Below are positions 40,262 through 52,174 of a stretch of 64,000 nt of DNA, in pieces. The DNA is from Parasitella parasitica NRRL 2501 (lineage: Eukaryota > Fungi > Mucoromycota): the NCBI GenBank assembly GCA_025201805.1, contig MU619309.1:64657-128656 (forward strand). The letters run 5' to 3'. Numbering within the stretch: position 1 is the stretch's first letter; each line of letters starts with the position of its first letter. The position numbers and the translations under genes are program-made. Below the pieces are notes generated by a model. It worked only from the letters and a program-made list of their open reading frames with translations. It was not told where the DNA came from and searched no databases.

Positions 40262-41786
40262 TCAAGCCAGCTCTTTGATTTTTATTCTTTTGCTTGGCTG
40301 ATTCAAAGATGACAACACATTTTGAAGGCGTAGCAGCTCGGATTCCGTATTAATTGGCTGGGCCAGACTAACAGATTCCTTGGTGCTGGTCTTATTGTCA
40401 GCAGACATGATGGAATCCAACTCATTTTCCAGTTCCTCGTTTGTTATTCCTGTGGTTTGATTGAATATCTCCTCGCTTCCCAGTGCAATTGCTTGTTCAA
40501 CCGCATTTTGGTCTTCCAACGTGTCTTTTAGCTTATCCATCGTCTCTGCTACCTCATCTTTACCACTCAGCAGCAACCTCAGAGTGTTTGCGCCAATGTT
40601 GAATGCCTCGATTACTTGCAAATCATTCTGCGATGTTTCTATCTTTAGTAAAATGGTCTCCATGGTCTCCAATGTTTTCAGTCTTTGCTCTAATATCTCT
40701 TCAATGTGCTTCTTTTTTCGCAGCATGTATACGGCTTGGAGCTTTTTATTCTCTGTATTGTATTCTCTAGTCAATCTCAGGAATCTACACAAGGTTTCTT
40801 TCTGTTATCAGTAAAACAATCAACTCGTTCAATATGCCAGCGCATTACTCTTCGCTCTTTGTTTGCAATTCATCCACCTGCTTATGCAATGTGGAACAAG
40901 CAGTCTTCAAATTGGCAATTGCTTTATCGTTTTCTGTGATTTTGGCATTCACTTTGACGGCTTCGTTTCTGTGTGGAAATTTGATTACCGTGCTGGTTGC
41001 TCCAAATGCTTGTGTCGTATCAGCAATGGCAACACCGAAACAGTGATGCAAGTAGCGAAGTATAATCCACAGATCCATGTCGCTTAACCGTACAATTGTC
41101 TCTTGGTGGCAAAAAATGGTGCTGTATTCACCCCGAAACTCTAAAAATGTAAACAGGTTGTCTAGAGAGCTGCACAAGGGTTTACTGTAATGCTTTTGGA
41201 CGATTAGTTTGGAGTATTCGCGCACTGTTGGTAAAACAATGTACACATGTGATGGCGTTTCTGGTATAACCCAACGGTAAGGTGTGTAGTAGATCCATTG
41301 GAGCCATGTCAATGTGTTGCTAGATGGGTTGTGGGCTTGGATCGGGTACTGCTTCTCGTATTCTTTCTGCACCATCAAGTCATAAGTCTTTTCAACCATA
41401 TCTTGCTAAAAAAACAATGCCATATAAACACAAATGCTGTTGGTACATCTTTTTTTTTAACAAAGTACACTTACAACAACATAATCGAGTGAAAGTGGTT
41501 TTCCATTTTGTGACCGATAGAATAAATCAGCAAGTTCGTTTTTGTCTAAAAAGCAGCCGTGGTCCTTGGTTGTTAAATAGCCATGTAAATTGCAATCGAG
41601 AATAACTGCCCTCCAGTAATTCACATTGGCATCATACCCGTAGCTGTTTAGAAGTTTGAGCTTTGAAAAGTCAGAGTAAAGCGATAACAGTCGATCTGTG
41701 GCTTTCTCTCGATCAAAGTCTACGTATTGTGATGATAAGTATTCTTGTAGACGTGATACACGCTCTGTAAAGGGGTTGTTGTTCAT
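40262..41786 (-). CDS. CHMP7/Cmp7-like ESCRT-II/III hybrid, 3 exons
   Basis: N-terminal RLLSLYSDFS...GYDANVNYWR winged-helix segment and a C-terminal Snf7 domain (LLKIETSQNDLQVIEAF...EELENELD). Confidence 0.85.
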
Positions 41787-43415
41787 GTTTTGTATTTGGA
41801 GGAAAAAGTGTAGAAAGGGAATCAGAGCAAACCTGAATATTTTATATGCATTTTGAGGATGTTTGTAGGGCTTGAAAATGAACTTGAAAGTCAATATCAA
41901 TTCGCATAAATAAGGCTCATCCCAAAGAACCGTTTAGATTAGAGTGAAACATATACGAACGACTTTCTATATCTCTTGATATTATAATAATAGAAAAGCC
42001 TTAATAGAGGATATAAGTGTATATATTTTTACGCTTGTGAGTTTCTCCATACCTAGCATGACATATGTGTCAAAACTTTTAGCAAGTTTTTACGCATTTC
42101 AAGGTTAGTATTTATTATGTTGTTGCACCATAGCTACTTACCATTAAGTAAGCAAAATCCCAATATATGACATGGAAAAAATATCTACTGGAATAAATCT
42201 ATAGCTGAGATGTTTTAGAATATGAGCCCAAAAAGCTAGTTTTATACAGCTTATTGCTTTTTTCGCCCCTACTCTTGTCGAAATAATCGGTGATGCTAAT
42301 AACTTTGTATATCACTGGTATTTCTTTCACTAAAAATATTGCGTCGAGTCGACGCTATGTTTTCGAAGTTAGATCTCAATTCTATGGTTCTTTTATAAGA
42401 TGAAATTCAAATCATCCAGGAACATCTTACATAGATCACAATCATAAAGAACAAGCTAGTACGGATTTAAGAATTCGTGCCAATTGTTATGTCAAAATAA
42501 GTCAGTATAAATGAATCTGCCAAAGAGTTAAAGTTTATTAGAAATACATTTTTCGGATGAATTTATATAAACCAACATTATGTGCTAATATCATAATGTA
42601 CGACTGTAACTATGGTGTAATAATTCAAATTTCAGCACCATCTAAAAATTTCCACTGCCATGGATTGAGTTTTTTTATGATTTTCTAATTGTTATGTCGC
42701 CAAAATGCTAAAATCACGGAAGGGCACTCAGTAACTTTAAAAAAGCGTAAAATAACCAAATCAAGTACAAGGACGAATTTCCTCCTACCCGTTTAAAAGA
42801 GTATCCAAGCGTAAAAATTCGACTTTAACCATGTGATCAATGATCTTGAACGAAAGATCACTTTTCATCACTACACCATCAAACAGAGATATCATCTAGC
42901 CAATGAGTAGCCTCAATTCACTAATGGTTGAGCTGTAGGCAGGGCTCAAATAACTTGCTGGCCACGTCAGAAAGCTTTTTATTGCCTGGAGAGCTGAAAA
43001 CTGTTGTTAAAGTTGGTTCGGCTTGACACAGTAAATTCTATGATGTGATTATATATACATAAGTGGAGTAAACTTTAAAATTATTGCCTGTTGCTCTAAA
43101 TAATGTGAAATTATTTTACCCTTGATAAGAATTGTTGACACAGATCTCTCTGTACAGCAATTTTTGGGACATGTCAAGTATACTTAAGGCGATGAAGTAT
43201 TAATCCGTGTTCGTTTTACTAGCTACACAATCAAAAATCGTCTGATTCTTTAAATACAGTTAAAATCATTGGCTGAATCTGTGCTTTTTTTTATTTTATA
43301 ATGCACATAATGTGACATATGGGATAAATGAATGGGGTTGATTGAAAGTATATAAAAACCTTTAAGCATCGAGAAAAATACAGATTATTCTTTCCTTATC
43401 TCTTTATTTTAAAAA

Positions 43416-44288
43416 ATGACTTTTATATCAACAAGCATAGCATTTCTCGTAGTGGTTTCCATCATCCTTCCAATATTTACCTATGTAATTGGCATGCTCA
43501 TTCCAGCAAGCCATATAGTTTCTCGATCTGTGAATCTCAAGCTATCACCCGAAAGACTCTGGAAAATCCTAACTGATGTATCCAAGTATCCCGAATGGCA
43601 ATCCAAGGTGCAAAAAGTGACAATTCAAGAAGAAAAAGAAAGCCAAACGGTTTTTGTTGAGTATTCAACACGTAAGCGACACACTGTCATCATCCATCAT
43701 GAAAGAGTGCCTTGCAAATGCTTGCTAAGAATCCTGGAAGAAAGACCTAGCATTGACGGACAAAAAAAGGTCCCCACATTTTCAGGTTCATGGACATTTG
43801 AAGTAACTCAAGATAAGGAAACTGCAGATCAAGTGACATTGAAAATAACCGAGCAGGGTGTAATAAAGAAACCTATGGTTCGTGTTACTCATATGCTGCT
43901 ATTTGGTTTCCATCGCAGGATTGACAGATTTATTCATGATTTGCAAGCGCTAATTGCACAGCAAGATGCTTGTAAAGAACCACAAGAGCAAGAAAACTCT
44001 GAAGCGTCAAAAGTCATCAGCCACAGCAAGGATGCATTAGAGGGCGGGAAAGTGATGACCGAAGATCAGGAGTCATACGATACCACAGAGCTATTGAAAA
44101 CAAACAGCGAAGAATATATCGCAAAGGAAGAGAATTTATCAGACAACGCAAATCTGCATGTAACCGCAGACAGTTCATCTGACCAGCAAACAGAACCAAA
44201 TGACACATTGATGACCGAGTCAAAGCTAGTCAGTGGGTGGGATATTGTGAGTGCCATATGCGAAAGCCCGCCAAAAACGTCTGCGTGA
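43416..44288 (+). CDS. SRPBCC/polyketide-cyclase-like domain protein with N-terminal TM helix and acidic tail; intronless
   Basis: SHIVSRSV...SPERLWKILTDVSKYPEW, FSGSWTFEV and TLKITEQG. TATA-like TATATAAAA near 43348. Confidence 0.8.
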   Translation: MTFISTSIAFLVVVSIILPIFTYVIGMLIPASHIVSRSVNLKLSPERLWKILTDVSKYPEWQSKVQKVTIQEEKESQTVFVEYSTRKRHTVIIHHERVPCKCLLRILEERPSIDGQKKVPTFSGSWTFEVTQDKETADQVTLKITEQGVIKKPMVRVTHMLLFGFHRRIDRFIHDLQALIAQQDACKEPQEQENSEASKVISHSKDALEGGKVMTEDQESYDTTELLKTNSEEYIAKEENLSDNANLHVTADSSSDQQTEPNDTLMTESKLVSGWDIVSAICESPPKTSA

Positions 44289-44715
44289 TCAGCAGCCGTG
44301 TCATTTAACACTATCCCCATTGTTATTTAATGTGATATATAGAGATTAAACATCTGCCGATAAATTGAACTAGTACATCCAGCACCTTTTGTGAATACAC
44401 CATGCATTTAATAAATAAATAATCCGAGACCAAACTATAACTCAGAGACTTGTACTAGACATGCAATAAAGCTTCGATGTTAAGCAGTTGATCTATACAT
44501 GACCCGACTCCATTGCAATTCAAGATGGTCGGTGCATTTCAAAATGAGGTGACGTAGTGGTGATCTTGTTCGTTTCTCTTTATTTTTGACAGCACAGTTA
44601 CACCCTAATCCAATGGAATGTAAATTTTTATAAATAACTCAAACTTTCTTTTTTTTGCTCTTATTTCTTTCATCACAATTTGGAAGAAAGAAAGAAAAAA
44701 AAACAGATTTGAGAA

Positions 44716-45326
44716 ATGGATAAAATTCGTGAGGTAGATAAATTACTATTGCAACTGGGATCTAAGCTAAAAAGTACCATTATTGTGTATAAATTTAGAA
44801 AATTGCTACCATCCGCATTGAAGCAGATACCGCCAATGCTAAAGTTGAAGAGTTGGAAAACGAGCTCAAAAATATTAAACAAGAGCACACTCAACAAGAG
44901 CGTGAAATCATTTCATTGAACAACAAGAACAAGCAACTTGAAGAGGATTTAGATACTGCCCATGACACCATCAAGTCCTTGAGGGACAATGAAACTGAGG
45001 ACAGCGATCACAAGAAGCACCATGAGAATTCTTTGCGCAAGATTACTCTGCTTGAAGAAGAGTTGGAGGAATCAGACAAGGCACTCAAGGAAACCACCAA
45101 AAAGTAAGACATTTCAATGATGGGGAAGGGTACATTTGACTAATGCTCACTCTAAAACGCTAGTTTCCGTGAAGCTGATATTAAAGCTGAGCAACTTGAA
45201 AAGAAGGTCGAGCAATTAACAGCCAAACTCGCCGAGGAAGAACAGAAAAATGAAGATCTTGAACGAAAGAACGAAGAATTGAGTGGTCAATTGGAAGAGA
45301 TCAACAAGCAACTGGATGACATGTAA
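44716..45326 (+). CDS. TPM1: Tropomyosin, 3 exons
   Basis: Spliced product MDKIRE|KIATIRIEADTANAKVEELE...RKITLLEEELEESDKAL...|FREADIKAEQLEKKV, about 160 aa of coiled coil. Confidence 0.92.
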
Positions 45327-45685
45327 ATTGGGATTGGCTGGTTCCCAGAAATTGATATATATGTATATTTAATTTTTTTTTTATTTGAATAAAATTTCCG
45401 ATAAACATATGTTGCTATGAAACACACACCTGTCAGAAATAAATGCTGTCATGGCAACAAAAACGGATCTGCACGAACAATGCATAATGAAATTTTGGAA
45501 ATACGTACATCAGGCAGTAAAACAATATTACGTTTATCTCTAGATAATTACTTGGAATAAAGCTCCAGCTCATTTGAGGAAACCTCCCACACCCAAATAG
45601 TATCATCAATACTACTTTGCCCACTTTTCAAAAGAAAAACGACTAAATTTATTTAGACTAATAAACAAATGAAATTGATCCTAAC

Positions 45686-46094
45686 TTAGATCTCGGCCAA
45701 TTCACGAAGACGACGAACGGTGGAGCGGACAGTAGCGGCAGCAGTAGTGCTAAAAAAAAAATTGTTATCAACATGTTAGCATTGCAATCGAAATCTTGCC
45801 ACCAAAATCAACTTACGAAACAGTGTAAGCACCACCAGCCATGGTCTTTTTGCAACCCTTGCACTTCCAGATACCGACAGCAGTACGTTTGACAGCATCC
45901 TTACCACAGAAGGTACAGGTGTAAGTGGAATGTTGAGTGATTTCCATCTTCTTGACGGTCTTTCTGAGAGAAGCACCATAACGGGTACCGTATTTACCGG
46001 TGATTCCGACCTTCTTAGTGCGTTTGGCCTACAAGTGATGTATTTTAGTTGAGCACGATGGATGGATGGATAGATTTGCTATGATATATACCAT
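45686..46094 (-). CDS. RPL43: 60S ribosomal protein L43 (eL43); ATG-only first exon
   Basis: Spliced product M|[23 protein letters not shown]...CTFCGK...WKCKGC...AGGAYTVS...[10 protein letters not shown]. Confidence 0.97.
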
Positions 46095-46383
46095 TTTAGA
46101 TAAAGTACCAAAGAGGAGGAAGTATTCAATGTGCAGCTGGCTGCTCTTCTTTTGGCCTACCCGGAATTTGTTTTTTTTTTTTTTNNNNNNNNNNAATGCC
46201 CTTCAATCCGGACTAAGCAAGCAGGTAGTTGCTCTATACACAGTGACGCGCGTTTCCTTTCATGAGAGGAGTTTAACAGCTCTTCATGGGAAGCACAAGC
46301 ATGAAATTATCTTTTTTTGTAATGACAAACAAGTTTTTTCTGGTTTTTTATTGTTTCTTTGTAGAAAAGCCTAGATATTAAAC

Positions 46384-48102
46384 ATGATCAACTCTCGCCC
46401 AAACTCACCTCGAACAGCAGCACCTTCTAGAGATAGAACTCCATCTTCTAATGGAGTACCAGTGGTACATTACTCGCAGCCACTTCGAACAACCGGTGAA
46501 CGACTTGCCTCACTTCTAGGCGCCTCCCTGACTACGGTTAATAATTCTATATATGTCTTTGGGGGGTTTGATCAATACAGTGATGAAATCTACAATAAAT
46601 TGTATAGACTTGACTATGACGACATTTGCCAGTGGAAGCATGTAATTTACACAAAGGGAGAGCCACCAGCAAAGCGGAATGACCACTCTGCGACATTATG
46701 GAATAGAGACAAGCTAGTTATCTTTGGCGGTAACTCTGAAGAAGACAGCTACTTTAACGATATTGCTGTACTGGATCTTACTACCTTGACTTGGTGGCAC
46801 CCTGAAGTCCATGGATTCATACCTGAAGGCAGAATTCGACACTCTGCAACAATTTATCAAGACAAGCTCTACATTGCAGGCGGAATGCGAGTAGACTCTA
46901 GTGTGGCATTTGCAGATACTCTGTTGATTTTAGATTTAAATACCTGGGAATGGGACCAGCCTATACCGTTTGTGAAGAGATCCCAGCACATGAGTTTTGT
47001 CTACAATTCAAGGCTGTATCTTTTTGGTGGCTTGAGAGAAGACATGAGCAGATCAAACCATCTGGCCTTTATTGATTTGAACAAAACTGAAGATGTGACA
47101 CAATTGGACATTAGCTCCCCTTCAGCTCCCTCCTTGCTGGGTCAACGGTCTGCTCAGATATGCGGCGACCAGTTGATCGTTTTGGTGACATTGCCATTCA
47201 GGGAGGCTATGGTAGAAGCCCCAGTTACTGGTCTGTGGTCTTTGGATTTACCTTCTATGCAATGGCAATGCAGAGAGGTGGGGACTCGCTATGAAGCATG
47301 TAGCTGGCATTGCTTTTCAATGACAGAGCATGATACATCATTCTATCTTTTTGGCACGACTGAAGATGACCCTGATGAATTCTATTCGATGGCTCTGAAA
47401 GTAGAATTGGAGGAACTGGGCATTGTCCCTGTACCTCCGCCTCAACTAGGGACAGATCTCATCGGCCTACTACTGAATCAACAGCAGCTGGAAAAGCAGA
47501 GAACTGACTTCACCATTTACTCGTCCACCGAGCCCAATGCATCACCCATTCACGTCCATCGACTAGTCTTGTTGGCAAGGTGGCCACATTTTGTTCATTT
47601 AATGGACTCTGGCATGCAAGAATCAATTTCTAATAAGCTCACAATGTCAGAACCAATTTCAACATTGGAAAGTTTTGTCCGCTATTTGTATACCGATACA
47701 TTGAATGATCCCCACTTTACAACGGATTTGATCGCGGATCTTATGGTCATGGCCCACATCTACTCCTTGCCCCGCTTATTGGCATTATGTGTACGCCATC
47801 TGTTCAGCAAGATGGATATAGAGAGCACCAGCAAAATATATCACACTGCTAGCTTATCAGAGCAAAGAGGCCTTCAACAAGCGTCTTTGCACTACATATT
47901 TCAACATTTTGGTGCGATTTCTCATACAGACGGATTTCGTCAATTGCCGCGCAACATTTTGTTTCAGATATGGGATGACATGCCATTGAACGCAACCATT
48001 GTTAATCAACAAGAACTGATACAGCAGCAGCAGCAGCAACAGCAGCTACAACAGAATGGTGATGATGCTGAGAACGATGATGATGAAGAAATGGAAGCCT
48101 AA
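46384..48102 (+). CDS. Kelch-repeat + BTB/BACK protein (LZTR1-like architecture), intronless, C-terminal polyQ
   Basis: Repeated YVFGG / VIFGG / YIAGG / YLFGG Kelch blades, followed by the BTB segment IHVHRLVLLARWPHF...MDSGMQES...FVRYLYTD. Confidence 0.88.
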   Translation: MINSRPNSPRTAAPSRDRTPSSNGVPVVHYSQPLRTTGERLASLLGASLTTVNNSIYVFGGFDQYSDEIYNKLYRLDYDDICQWKHVIYTKGEPPAKRNDHSATLWNRDKLVIFGGNSEEDSYFNDIAVLDLTTLTWWHPEVHGFIPEGRIRHSATIYQDKLYIAGGMRVDSSVAFADTLLILDLNTWEWDQPIPFVKRSQHMSFVYNSRLYLFGGLREDMSRSNHLAFIDLNKTEDVTQLDISSPSAPSLLGQRSAQICGDQLIVLVTLPFREAMVEAPVTGLWSLDLPSMQWQCREVGTRYEACSWHCFSMTEHDTSFYLFGTTEDDPDEFYSMALKVELEELGIVPVPPPQLGTDLIGLLLNQQQLEKQRTDFTIYSSTEPNASPIHVHRLVLLARWPHFVHLMDSGMQESISNKLTMSEPISTLESFVRYLYTDTLNDPHFTTDLIADLMVMAHIYSLPRLLALCVRHLFSKMDIESTSKIYHTASLSEQRGLQQASLHYIFQHFGAISHTDGFRQLPRNILFQIWDDMPLNATIVNQQELIQQQQQQQQLQQNGDDAENDDDEEMEA

Positions 48103-48157
48103 TGAAATCTAATTTGAAGAGTATTTACGCCCGGGTTGAACGTCCTTAGCCGGATCG

Positions 48158-48189
<32 letters not shown>

Positions 48190-48319
48190 NNNNNNNNNNN
48201 NNNNNNNNNNNNNNNNNNNNNNNNNNNNNNNNCAGAAAAAAAAAAAAAAGAATTGACTATAGAATTGAAAAAGAATAATAATAAAAGATCCCCCTCTTAA
48301 TAATCATCCATAAACTCAA

Positions 48320-49045
48320 ATGGTTAGTTGAAATAAGCATTGTCTATTGCATCATATATCAGAGCAAGAGCAGATCACATTAATACGAAATGGATGCTTG
48401 CAAGCAAGATGGATTCGATGCATGGAGAAATCAGATTGCTGGATGTAGTTTGCAATTGGGAATAGGGGGATGTTGAAAGCCGGCCATTAGCTCAGAAACA
48501 TTCACAAGAGCAGCATGCGTGCAACCGAAAAATGATGTGTTTTGCTCTGTTCTGATATAGATGTACGAGACGCTACGTATATTCGTAGACTCTGACCTTT
48601 TCCTATGTTGTTTTTTTTTATTTATTAGGCTGCCATCAAAGCTCACGAACTCCGTAACAAAAACAAGGCCGAGCTCGTCAAGATCCTTGACGAACAAAAG
48701 CAACAACTTGCCAACATCCGTGTCCAAAAGGTTGCTGGTGGTAAGCTCCAAGAAATGTAAGTGTTATTTCAAAGAGAATGGACAAAGCCGGGTTTATTAA
48801 TCGAATACACTAGTGGTGAGGCCCGTAAGAACGTTGCCCGTGTTTTGACAGTTATCAACCAGACTCAACGTGAGCAACTTCGCCTCTTTTACCAAAAGAA
48901 GCGTTTCACTCCCTTGGATCTCCGTGTCAAGAAGACTCGTGCCATGCGTAGAGCTTTGACTCCTTTTGAAAAGTCCAAGAAGACTGTTCGTGAGCAAAAG
49001 AAGTTGGCTCACTTCCCTCTTCGCAAGTATGCTGTCAAGGCCTAA
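48320..49045 (+). CDS. RPL35: 60S ribosomal protein L35 (uL29); ATG-only first exon, 306-nt intron 1
   Basis: Spliced product M|[16 protein letters not shown]...[13 protein letters not shown]...[14 protein letters not shown]...[10 protein letters not shown]. Confidence 0.97.
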
Positions 49046-49467
49046 ATTTTTTGATGTAAGAATTTAGACTTGAGAAATATGTTTTTGGTGCGTTTCTTTT
49101 TTTTTTGTATAAAATTTGCGGCATTATTAAAACGTTGATTGTTAAAAAGAAGAGCATTGTGGATCATTTGACTTGTGTTTGCCGTGGACCCGGCTATCAT
49201 CTTCAATTTTTGAATAATGTATATGGAAGATGTTTTGAATTTTCCATGTGCGCATGGCATTTGAGTGTAAGAGGTTCATTCATAAAGTAAAATATTCTCG
49301 GGAGGATGAATGAGAGCTGGATTCTGTTAGGTGTCTTGTTTCTTTAGATGGCGTCCCCAATAACAATTTTTTGATTTATATTATAAATCGAACTGCTGCA
49401 AGTAGAACAATGAGGTATATGCGGAATTTCGCTCATCAAAAAACATAGGAATCGAGGAGGAGCTTGT

Positions 49468-49578
49468 AGAAATTTCCAGAACTCACTGACAACATACATG
49501 CCTTTGAGATCCAAGGCGATTTAATCTGGAATTTGCTCGAAATCTGGTATTGAATTAAAGCATTGTTGTGTATAAATA
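49468..49578 (+). promoter_or_regulatory. Heat-shock element and TATA box of HSP90
   Basis: Perfect GAAatTTCcaGAA at 49469-49481, a degenerate second HSE near 49525-49542, and TATAAATA at 49571-49578. Confidence 0.8.
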
Positions 49579-49646
49579 GAGGCATGAATTTGGCTTGAAT
49601 ACATCTTTACTTTTTCTCTTACTCTCAAACAAGACTTTATACTGAA

Positions 49647-51818
49647 ATGAGCGCTGAAACGGAAACTTTCTCCTTCCAAGCTGAAATCTCCCAATTGATG
49701 AGCTTGATCATCAATACTTTCTATTCAAACAAGGTAATGTAGAGGGTGGCGTGGCTTCTTTTGTGTCACTGCAGACGCTGACTCATTTTGTTTTTACTAC
49801 AGGAAATTTTCTTGCGTGAATTGATCTCCAATGCTTCTGATGCTTTAGATAAGGTGCGCTATCAATCTCTGACTGACCCCTCTGTTCTCGATTCTGAGAA
49901 GGAGCTGTACATCCGTATTACACCTGATAAGGAACACAACGTCCTGTCTATCCGCGATACTGGTATTGGTATGACCAAGGCTGATTTGGTCAACAACTTG
50001 GGTACCATTGCCAAGTCTGGTACCAAAGCTTTCATGGAAGCTCTCTCTTCTGGCGCTGACATATCCATGATTGGCCAATTTGGCGTTGGTTTCTACTCTG
50101 CTTACCTTGTTGCTGACAAGGTGCAAGTGATTACCAAGCACAATGACGATGAGCAATACATTTGGGAATCTGCTGCTGGCGGCTCTTTTACTATTACTCG
50201 TGATGAAGTCAATCCTTCTCTTGGCCGCGGTACTGAAATGCGTCTTTTCATGAAGGAGGACCAACTTGAATACCTTGACGAAAAGAAGATCAAGGACATT
50301 GTCAAGAAGCATTCTGAATTCATCTCCTATCCGATTCAGCTAGTCGTTGAAAAGGAGATTGAGAAGGAGGTGTCTGACGATGAGGTTGACGAGCCTGCCT
50401 CTGAAGGTGCCAAGATTGAAGAGGTGACTGATGAAGATGACAAGAAGGACGAAAAGAAGAAAAAGACAATCAAGGAAACCGTTACCGAGAATGAGGAACT
50501 CAACAAGACCAAGCCCCTCTGGACGCGCAATCCCGAGGATGTCAAGCCTGAAGAGTACTCTGAATTCTACAAGGCTCTTAGTAATGACTGGGAAGACCAA
50601 CTGGCTGTCAAGCACTTTTCTGTAGAGGGCCAACTTGAATTCCGTGCTATCCTTTTCGTCCCTAAGCGTGCTCCCTTTGACATGTTTGAAACCAAGAAGA
50701 AGAGAAACAACATTAAACTCTACGTGCGCCGTGTCTTTATTATGGACGACTGCGAGGAGTTGATCCCTGAATGGCTGGGCTTCGTTAAGGGTGTCGTCGA
50801 TTCGGAAGATCTCCCTCTCAACATTTCTCGTGAAATGCTTCAGCAAAACAAGATTTTGAAGGTCATTCGCAAAAACCTGGTCAAAAAGTGTCTCGAAATG
50901 TTCCAAGAAATTGCCGAAGACAAGGAGCAATTTGACAAGTTCTACGAGGCTTTTGGCAAGAATATCAAGCTTGGAATCCACGAAGACACCCAAAACCGTG
51001 CCAAGCTCGCTGATTTACTGCGCTATCACTCTACCAAGTCTGGCGATGAAATGACCTCCTTTAAGGATTACATTACTCGTATGCCCGAGAAGCAAAAGAA
51101 CATTTACTACATTACTGGCGAATCTCGCACTGCTGTCGAAAACTCTCCCTTCCTCGAAGGTTTCAAAAAGAAGGGTATTGAAGTCCTGTTGATGACAGAT
51201 CCCATTGATGAATATGCAATCACTCAATTGAAGGAATACGAGGATCACAAAATGGTCTGTATCACCAAGGAAGGTGCTGAAATCGAGGAAGATGAAGAAG
51301 AAAAGAAGGTTCGTGAGGCTGAACAAAAGGAATACGAAGGTCTCTGCAAGACTGTCAAGGATATCCTCGGCGATAAGGTTGAAAAAGTTGTTCTCTCCAA
51401 CATCCTAACCGACTCTCCTTGCGTATTGACTACTGGCCAGTTTGGTTGGTCTGCTAATATGGAACGCATCATGAAAGCCCAAGCTCTCCGCGATTCCTCC
51501 ATGTCCAGTTATATGGCATCCAAGAAGACTTTGGAGTTGAATCCTAATCACCCCATCATCAAGGCTCTCCGTGCAAAGGCTTCTGCTGATGCTGGTGATC
51601 GTACTGTTAAGGATCTTGTCACTTTGTTATACGAGACATCTCTCTTGACTTCAGGCTTCTCCTTGGACGATCCTAGCTCATTTGCTAGTCGCATTAATCG
51701 TATGGTCTCCCTTGGTCTTAGCATAGATGAAGAAGAGCTTGAAAATGCTGCTGCTCCTGCCACTGAGGAGGTTTTAGAGGAAACTGACAAGGCTTCCCAG
51801 ATGGAGGAAGTCGACTAA
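49647..51818 (+). CDS. HSP90: Cytosolic Hsp90; intron 49734-49802
   Basis: [24 protein letters not shown]|[27 protein letters not shown] and a C-terminal MEEVD. Confidence 0.99.
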
Positions 51819-52174
51819 AACGTTTCATACGTCCAAATCTCTTATATATATATATTATATACTTACATACTTGCACACACTCTCATATCCCCCTTTACCA
51901 TTCATTTTCTAATATTGTATATCGAAATAAATCTGTATTTAGCAATATTCATTTGTTTTGCTTCATAAAACGCCCTTTGTATTCTCTCCAGAGTATCGCA
52001 CATGCGCAGTGTACAAATGACTGAAAAGTACATTAGATAGTGGCATACGCATGATTCAAGGGGTTATCCAGATTGACAATAATTCAGGGCGCGTACCAAC
52101 TCCCTTTAAAAATGATGAGTGATGTTTTTTTTTTGTTTTTGAATTTCCCTTTTTCTTTTTCTCTGCACAAAAAA

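Noticed and set aside
48531-48596. Possible C/D snoRNA in RPL35 intron 1 (ATGATGT...CTGA...CTGA)
   Set aside because: Box C is imperfect and I recognise no rRNA guide. The last CTGAC is the likely branch point, and the segment is explained as a stem arm.
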